NCBI RefSeq assembly: GCF_009914755.1
Contig: NC_060930.1
Length of the DNA stretch: 64,000 nt
Reading direction: 5' to 3' (one strand)
Source: the human T2T-CHM13v2.0 reference genome, Homo sapiens
The position numbers and the translations under genes were made by a program. Shown here piece by piece: positions 55,682 through 64,000 of this stretch; the first letter of the stretch is position 1; each line of letters opens with the position of its first letter. The notes under the pieces were generated by a model. That model made no database searches, was not told the DNA's origin, and worked only from the letters and a program-made list of their open reading frames with translations.

Positions 55682-58019
55682 TGATATGGTTAGGATCTGT
55701 GGCCCCACCCAAATCTCATCTTGAATTGTAATCCCCATAATCCCCACGTGTCAAGGTAGATCAGGTGGATGTGATTGGATCATGGGGGGAATTGTAATCC
55801 CCATAATCCCCATATGTCAAGAGAACAGGTGGAGGTGATTGGATCATGGGGGTGGTTTCCCCCATGCTGTTCTTGTGATAGTGAGTTCTCATGAGATCTG
55901 ATGGTTTTGTAAGAGGCTCTTCTTCCTTCACTCTGCCACTCTTCACCTTTCTGCTGCCTCGTGAAGAAGGTGCCTTGCTATCCCTTCACCTTCTGCCATG
56001 ATTGTAAATTTTCTGAGGCCGCCCTGGCCATGCTGAACTGTCAGTCAATTAAAATGCTTTCTTTATAAGTTACCCAGTCTCAGGCAGTTCTTTATAGCAG
56101 TATTAAAATGAACTAATAATGTAAATTGATACCACAGAGAGTGGGTTGCTGCTATGAAGATATCCAAAGATGTGGAAATGACTTTGGAACTAGGTAACAG
56201 ACAGAGGTTGGAACAGTTTGGAGGGAAAGCTCAGAAGAAAACAGGAGATGTGGGAAGGTTTGGAGTTTCCTAGAGACTTGTTGAATGGCTTTGGCCAAAT
56301 GCTGATAATGATATGGACAATGAAGTCCAGGCAGAAGTGGTCTCAGATGGAGATGAGGAACTTCTTGGGAACTGGAGCAAAGGTTGCTCTTGCTATGCTT
56401 TAGCAAAGAGACTAGGAGCATTTTGTCCTGCCCTGGAGACCTGTGGAACTTTGAACTTGAGAGAGATGATCTGAAATTGGAACTTATATTTAAAAGGGAA
56501 GCAGAACATAAAAGCTTGGCAAATTTGCAGCCTGAGCATGCAATAGAAAAGAAGAGCCCATTTTCTGAGGAGAAATTCAAGCCGGCTACAGAAATTAGCA
56601 TAAGTAACAAGGCGCCAAATGGTAATCACCAAGACAATGGGGAAAATGCCTCCAGGGCATGTCAGTGGCCATTATGGCAGCCCCTCCCATCAAAAGCTGG
56701 GAGGCCTAGGAGGAAAAAATAGTTTATTGGGCTGGGCCCAGGGCCTTACTGCTTTGTGTAGCCTCAGGACTTGGTGCCCTGTGACCCAGCTGTGGCTAGA
56801 AGGGGCCAATGTACAGCTCAGGCCGTTGCTTCAGAGGGTGCAAGCCCCATGCCTTGGCAGCTTACACATGGTGTTGGGCCTGTGGGTGCACAGAAGTCAA
56901 GAACTGAGGTTTGGGAACCTTTGCCTCGATTTCAGAGGTTGTATGGAAATGCCTGGATGTCCAGGCAGAAGCTTGCAGCCAGTGTGGAGCCCTTGTGGAG
57001 AACCTCTGTTAGAGCAGTGCAGAAGGGAAAAGTGGGGTTGAAGCCCCTGACAGAATCCCCACTGAGGCACCACCTAGTGGAGCTGTGAGAAGAGGGTCAT
57101 TGTCCTCCATACCACAGAATGGTAGATCCACTGACAGCTTGTACTGTGCACCTGGAAAAGCTGCAGACACTCCATATCAGCCCATGAAAGCAGCCAGGAG
57201 GAGGGCTGTACCCTGCAAAGCCACAGGGTTGGAGCTTCCCAAGGCCATGGGAACTCATCTCTTGTGTCAGTGTGACCTGGATGTGAGACATGGAGTCAAA
57301 GGAGATTATTTTGGAACTTTAAGGTTGAATGACTGCCTTATTGAACTTTGGACTTGCATGGGCCTGTAGCCCTTCATTTTGGCCAATTTATCCCATTTGG
57401 AATGGGTATTTACCCAATGCCTGTACCCCCATTGTATCTAGGAAGTAACTAACTTGCTTTTGATTTTATAAGCTCATAAGCAGAAGGGACTTGCCTTATC
57501 TCAGATGAGACTTTGGACTTGGACTTTTGGTTTAATGCTGCAATTAAGACTTTGGGGACCTATTGGGAAGGCATGATTGTGTTTTGAAATGTGAAAAGTA
57601 CATGAGATTTGGGAGGGGTCAGGGTGGAATGATATCATTAGGTTTTGTGTCCTCTCCTAAATTTTATCTTGAAATGTAGTCCCCATAATCCCAATAATCC
57701 CCACGTGTCAAGGGAGAGACCAGGTGGAGGTGACTGGATCATGGAGGTGGCCTCCCCCATGCTGTACTCATGATAATGAGTGAGTTCTCATGAGATATGA
57801 TGGTTTTATAAGGGGCTCTTCCCCCTTCACTCTGCTACTCTTCTCCTTCCTGCTGCCTTGTAAAGAAGGTGTCTTGCTTCCCCTTCCCCTTCCAACATGA
57901 TTGTAAGTCTCCTGAGGCCTCCCAGTCATGCTGAATTGTGAGTCAATTAAACCTCTTTCCTTTATAAATTACCCAGTCTCAGGCAGTTCTTTGTAGCAGT
58001 GTGAAAACAGACTAATACA
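55682..58019 (+). mobile_element. Complete THE1D MaLR provirus (5' LTR 55682-56120, internal 56121-57629, 3' LTR 57630-58019)
   Basis: Two THE1D LTRs; THE1-int (DLWNFELERDDL remnant); polypurine tract GGGAGGGGTCAGGGTGGAA before the 3' LTR; perfect TSD CTCCT(55677-55681/58020-58024). Confidence 0.96.
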
Positions 58020-58824
58020 CTCCTATCTGTTTTTAAAAGCTTGTTTCAAAGTGATTTTCAGGGTGAGATTTAAGGCAGAAGTGGTTGACTCATGGGCATC
58101 TGTCTACAGAGTGCAAAGAGCCACTTACTAAGTTAACAGCAGAAATGGTAAAAGCAGAGTCTCTCCCTATATTACCATGAATAACCACCATTGTATGTTT
58201 CTCCTATCATATTGTAGATATCGATTGCTGTATGTAACTTCTGTAATTCATCAAGCAACTTCAACCTCTAACAGAAACATGGGAACTAAGGTGCCACAAG
58301 TCCACCAGCATAAGCATTTTCCTGTCATCTGAAAGAATGATGCCTTACTAATGGTGCTAAGAGTCCATGTGGGAAAGAGACTCAGGAGGCCCATTACAAA
58401 ACTTTCCCCACTTCAAAAGAATATTGTTTTGCTGTAGTGCCATAACATGATTTATTTTAGAATGTTTTTCTAAAATAAATAAACTGTGAGCCTTTATCAG
58501 CTTGAGAGAAATGTGTTAGGCACAACCTCCCTGGAAGTACTAAAAACATCTGTGATCCAAGTCTATAGTAGTTGGGGGATTAAACTTGTGATCAGATTTC
58601 TTAGATGATGGTTTCTTTTCCTGCTGTTACAATTTCCGTTGACTTTGGCTTTCTTGTGTACTAGGAAAAGTAAATTGGAATGGAGCAGACAATTAAGAAC
58701 TGGATGTCTAAATCCTTGTTCACATACTTGTACATTTCTCACAAATTACAATATGCTTCCTTATAAATATTTTTCTCATAAAGATTTCTTTAGAAATCTA
58801 ACCACAAACTTTTCTTTATTAATA

Positions 58825-58905
58825 ATTTACCTCAGGTTTGCCATCTAGAAGACTGGGCTAAATGACACCCAAAGGTCCTTTCAGGCCTAACCTTTCTGAC
58901 TCAAG
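58825..58905 (+). mobile_element. MIR3-like 3' fragment
   Basis: CCTCAGGTTTGCCATCT..GGGCTAAATGACACCCAAAGGTCCTTTCAGGCCTAA. Confidence 0.55.
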
Positions 58906-60329
58906 TATTCTATGATCACACAGGACTTCCTGGATTGTTAACCTGCAACTCTGTTTAAATGTTGACAGAAAATCTGTTAGAAAATGCTTCCAATTTTAGA
59001 GAAGAAAACTCCATTTCATGGGGGGAAGAAAGACTAGAAACATCCAGACTTATTTCTGCGTGCTTACTTTGTTTTCTTTTGCCCAGCAGAAAGGTAAATT
59101 GAAATTAGATTGTGCTTTTCTGTAAAACTGTAATTTATAACAGGCTTAAAAGTTTCAAAAATATAATCATTTTTCCAATGTTTCTGTGTTAGATTTGATA
59201 ACTCTCGTTGACTAAGTTGCAATTTACCTCCCTAATATCTACCCTGGAATTCTTGGCCACAGATATCTTGGGGGAGGGATAATGAAAAAATTATATAGGC
59301 CTTCCATGGGCCAGTATTTTCAAACTTCTTGGCCAATAAATTCCTTGAACTCCATCTTCCTTATTGAGTATAACAATGGCCGTAGACTATAGAAATGAAA
59401 TAAAGGCCAAAATAAATTTTTCGGTAAATAGCCTAAGAAATATACCAGAAACCACATGTATTCACATAGTATTCTCTAGGCAGAAACATAAAGCGAGCAC
59501 AATATATTTGTGAGGGAAAGAACAACAAGGACTTAAGATGGAAACCATGAATCATAAGAACATTGTATAAGAAATCAGTGGCATAAAACATACAGAAGTA
59601 AGATGTCAAAACATTTTTACAGGAAGACCCTCAGACAATACAAATAAAATACTCCAAAAACATAAATCAGAATTAGTATCTGGAATAAAGAAATGCCTCA
59701 AAATGTATTTTTTCCAATTTAATCAGTAACACAGAAACAATTCACCAATTATCATGCAATGGACACATTGCATGGCTGTGTCTCTTATACTCAAAGCAGT
59801 CTTACTTTCTGGTGGTTCAGAGTGGTGGTCACAGCTTTCCTACCATGATTTATGACATAGTAAAATGGGGAAGTTACTGGATTGTTTCATGAATGGCTAT
59901 GAATTTATGAGAGATTAAATTTAGCTCTTCCTGATTAAGTTAACAGGGAAAGATAAAATGTATTTTGAAAGTGGTAGTATATTATATATAATATACCACT
60001 TTAAAGCATAGCAGCTTTTCTGTATTCATATTTCAGAAACCTTGAATGATAAACAGGGAAGGTGTTATTTTTCTAATCTAACTTCTGGGAAAATATAAGC
60101 CAATGCTTTCTGAAAGTGCTAAAAGTCAGAAAACTAATTAGAAGAATATCAATACTGAAATTTATTTTCAGATCTAAGTATGCTCCTTATCCCATTATCA
60201 AATTCTAAAAGGAAAAAACAACCTAGCAGTTTCTCTTTTTTTTTGTCGCATAGACAGAAAGGTTTAAGGGTAGTTGGCTAAAATCTAACTATGTCTGTAT
60301 GTGAGGAAAACAAAGTAAGCAAAGAAATA

Positions 60330-60780
60330 TTAGAAAATAAATGATAAGCAAAAGCATTGTAAGGGACTGCCATTAAAAGAGGATTGAAATCAATATGAGC
60401 TTGCAATGAATTTAGAGCAAAAACATTAAATAACATGAAAAAGGTATTTTATAAAGTTAGTTCACAGTGAAGATTTTTGTACTAAGTAACATAGCATGAA
60501 AATTTATAAAACAAATGACAAGAAATTCAAAGAGTAATATACAGAAACATTCATAGTAGGAAATATTAACTCACTGCTCTTGCTTCATAACTGATGAAGT
60601 AGACAAAAAGTCTGGGTAAGAAGACCTAAGTATCATAATGAATAGGATAGGATAGGTCTAATTAATAGGTACTAAACACTAAATTTACAAGAGGAAAAAA
60701 AATTCTTTTTTTAAATGCTCAGGGAATAGCAACAGAAATGTAAAGTTTTAGGTGACAATACATTTTAAAAACTAGTAATA
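60330..60780 (+). mobile_element. Old L1M ORF2 endonuclease fragment
   Basis: A-rich; CATAGTAGGAAATATTAACTCACTGCTCT resembles IVGDFNTPLS. Confidence 0.55.
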
Positions 60781-60789
60781 ACACATAAC

Positions 60790-63560
60790 TGCTTCTGGCA
60801 GTATGGCAGACAAGACATTCTATAAAGACTTGCATTAACATAAAACACTCAGATACTGACTAAATGACAACAAATATAATTTAAGATGTATTGCTAAGCT
60901 TACAAGAGAGTTAATATCTGTGAACACTGGAAATATTGAAGAAGAGCTAAAACTATACAGATAGTTTAACACTGATGCAGAAGATGTTGCTGTCTTAGGG
61001 GGCAAAAGCCAATACTAAGAAACCAGAATTTCAAAAATTAGTAGTCACCTAGAATGAGAAGAGACTAAGTCTTGGGCCCAGACAAATGGATAGGGGTTGT
61101 TGAGACTACTTGAGACACATATAGAAGGCTAGGACACATGAGGGACCTATAGGTCTATGAAATGATGCGCAATACAGTGTTTGCAAATCTGTGAAGGGAC
61201 TTGATCAAGAAACATATTCTGACTAAGAATGCAAGTTGGGGCTTTGAATTTATGCTACCTTAAAGACAAGAGAATCTATACTTGGGGAAATTTAATAGCA
61301 TGGCTGCAGTGTGGTAGTATCCCAACCTATCAAGAAGAAGCAAATGTGAATCTTCCTTGACGAAAAATATTCCTAGTTCAGGCCTTTTAGGAATCACCTA
61401 CATTAAATTTAGACAAATGTAAACTTACAATTAAAAACAGTCAAATGTATAAGAACATAATCTGATAAGAACAGCTTCAATAGAAAAACATAAATTTTGT
61501 TTTAAAAAGACTATGTTTGAATAGAAACATATAATAAAATTTATGAAATATTTTTAAAATATAAAGGATGATTTTTCAATAAAAGACCCAGAAGTAAGTG
61601 AGTTGCCAAAAAAGAAAATAGAATAGAAACAAGTAAATATTTAAAGAGATAATGTCTAATAGGTATAAATCCATCAATGTAAGAAGTGGGATAAATAAAA
61701 AGAAATACATACCCAGAGACCATAGTGTAAATGTAGAATAGCAAAGGCAAAGAGGCGACATTAAACAGAAATGGAGAGAAAAGAGACATTCCCTATAAAG
61801 CAATAGTAAATTAAAGCAAACATTTAATAGCAAAAGGGGATCTATAATAACATAAAATGTATAAAATGCTGAGAGATAACTATGAATAACCTAGAAAACA
61901 AGAGTTTGCTAAAACAGCAATAATAAATAATAAAAATCAGAAATAATACCACTAACAAGGGAAGTATAAAGAATTAGACAAAGTAGCATGTAATCTAGGT
62001 GTGGGGTTTCAGACAAGTCAGAACACTCTAAAATCCCAGTAATTTTTGGAAGAAGGGTAGAGATATACATTAACTGTAGATTTTGTTATTCTAAATATCA
62101 TGGTAAAATGAAAGAATAGAAATGGTAACTATAAATTTCAAATTAGCAAAGAGAAAAAACAGGGTAAGAAAAAGTTTAAAAGCAGACAATCCCAAAGAAG
62201 AAAGAAGCAGTATAAAAGCATGATAAATGAAGAAAAAACACTATATGATAGAAAGAAATCCAGATATATAAATGTATTGGGTTAAGCTCACCAATAAATG
62301 AGATTGTCAAGTAGTATATATTAAAAAATCAAACTATATACTCTTTATGAAAGATGCTACTAAAATCTAAGGTTACAGAAAAGCTGAAGATAAAAGAAAC
62401 AATATAAACCAAGTACATATTAACAAAATAAGGGCTGAGTTATCTAAACTACCATTAGAAAAGTTAGACATAAAGACCAAAACCATATACAGCAATAAAG
62501 AGGATGACCACACAACAATAAATGGTTCAGTTTACCAGAGGGATTGAAAACTTTAAACTTACATGCACGTAATAAAAGAACCTCTAAATACATAAAGCAA
62601 ATTTTGTCAAATCAACTCTTTCCAAAAGATCTCTCTATAACCAATTGGTAAAAAAGTTTTAGTAAGGATATAAGACATTGAACAACTCAATAAGATTGAT
62701 TTAATGAGCCTGCAATTATATTTGTTTTCCTCAAGCAAACACAGATCTTTTATAAAAGATATACAGTATGCAATAAAGTGAATGTCAACACATTTCGAAG
62801 TACTGGTATCACATATATGACATTATCTGATCAAAATGCAATCAACTTAAAAATCAGTAACAAAGAGATACTCCCAAACAGCTCTATACTTAGAAAAAAT
62901 AATAAACTACTCATCTAAAAAAGTTATGATCCAAACAAAACATGAATATTAACAATCCTTTTAACTGAATGTTAATTGAAAACACTTCATCACTTGCTAG
63001 ATAGAGATACAATTGTGTTTCAAGGGATATTTATAATTTTAAATGCTTATGTTAGTTAAAAAGACAGTTAATGAACTAAGTTGCTAATATTAGAAGTTAT
63101 AAAATTAATTCCCAAATAAACATAGAGAAAGTAGAATGAAAAAATTGATAAAAATAGGGAAACAACTGAAATGGGAAACAAAGATACAATAAAGTGAAAC
63201 AATAATGTCAAAATTTGTTCTTGGAAAGATTAATAAAGTATACAAATTTCTGGAAAGATTGATCAACATTTAAAAAAAGAGAAGACACAATTTTTTATAG
63301 AATGAAACAGGAAACCAGCTACCACAGAGATAAGAAGAAAATATTATAATACTGCAAACATGATTTTATTATTTTCAATAAATTTTAAAACAGACTATAG
63401 AGGAAAATTCTGGGAAAATATGAATTATGTATTAAAAACTGACAAGACAGAAAAGTAAGCTTTATATAGTCCTACTATCATTGAAATTCAAATTAGCATT
63501 TTAACCAATTTCTCCCAAGAAAACAATAGGCCTAGATTATTTTGTAGATGAATTCTACGA
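60790..63560 (+). mobile_element. Old L1M (L1ME-like) 5' end to ORF2 fragment, heavily decayed
   Basis: 5' GCTTCTGGCAGTATGGCAGA; EN motifs INV.G and TLSDQNAINLKI; ends KTIGLDYFVDEFY, resembling [13 protein letters not shown]. Confidence 0.75.
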
Positions 63561-63950
63561 GAGGCCCTAGTGAATGCTTCACGCTTTAAGTCTCTGTAAG
63601 CTATACTCTAAGAGTAAAGACAAACTCGGGAAGCCTGAAATCTAGTCTTGAAATCACTCTTTCCTGGATTAGGTCAAGGTGATCTGCTCCAACCCTAACT
63701 GCCAACTGGAAGAAATGTGAACTTTCCCTAGAAGATGAAAATATCATTCAGAGTTTCTCCAATTTTGCATTTATAATGTCTAACATTCAATAAATGCTGA
63801 TCAGGCATATCAGGACACAAAACCAAATGAGGGAAAGCCAGGACAAAACTCAGAGAATAGAATCATACCTAGATGTGGTCCAGATATTAGGGTTATCAGA
63901 AACAAAGTTTAAAATATGTTTTAAAAAGTAGGTAACAAGGCAATTTTATT
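63561..63950 (+). mobile_element. Old L1M 5' UTR/ORF1-start fragment
   Basis: ATAATGTCTAACATTCAATAAA..CAGATATTAGGGTTATCAGA (QILGLSE, resembling ORF1 QMLEL). Confidence 0.6.
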
Positions 63951-64000
63951 ATCTGTTACTAGTGACTGTTTCCTCCTTTCTAATTTTGATATCTTTTTAT

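Noticed and set aside
56152-57369. Cluster of 100-150-aa ORFs
   Set aside because: All lie in THE1-int, the degenerate MaLR internal ORF; frameshifted, with no pol or env.

Overview
Non-coding primate (human-like) genomic DNA. It is AT-rich and CpG-depleted, has no CpG island, and carries Alu (J, S, Y), THE1 and L1PB elements. I recognise no protein-coding gene, RNA gene, CRISPR array or prokaryotic system; the ORF track is explained by transposon remnants (L1 ORF1/ORF2, L2, THE1-int, Alu) or chance ORFs. A large share of the window is transposable-element derived: a full-length decayed L1PB1 (20731-27617, -) with a nested AluY, a complete THE1D provirus with a perfect 5-bp TSD (55682-58019), a 3'-truncated L1M 5' end (46970-49576), old L1M fragments at the right end, six Alus, several MaLR/ERVL LTRs, L2, MIR and two hAT DNA transposons. 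The most unusual signals I found are two non-tandem local duplications of near-perfect identity (65 bp at 29510/30101; 42 bp at 36512/39606), each with a short duplicated flank around one copy, suggesting templated insertion during DNA repair. Also notable are two atypical retroelement junctions, an LTR-like element with 10-bp terminal inverted repeats, DUX4-type sites in solo THE1 LTRs, several perfect palindromes, a Z-DNA tract with an NRF1 motif, and a few candidate enhancer blocks. Repeat subfamily calls come from remembered consensus sequences and need RepeatMasker/Dfam confirmation; boundaries of old elements are approximate. I did not find a convincing novel multi-gene system.
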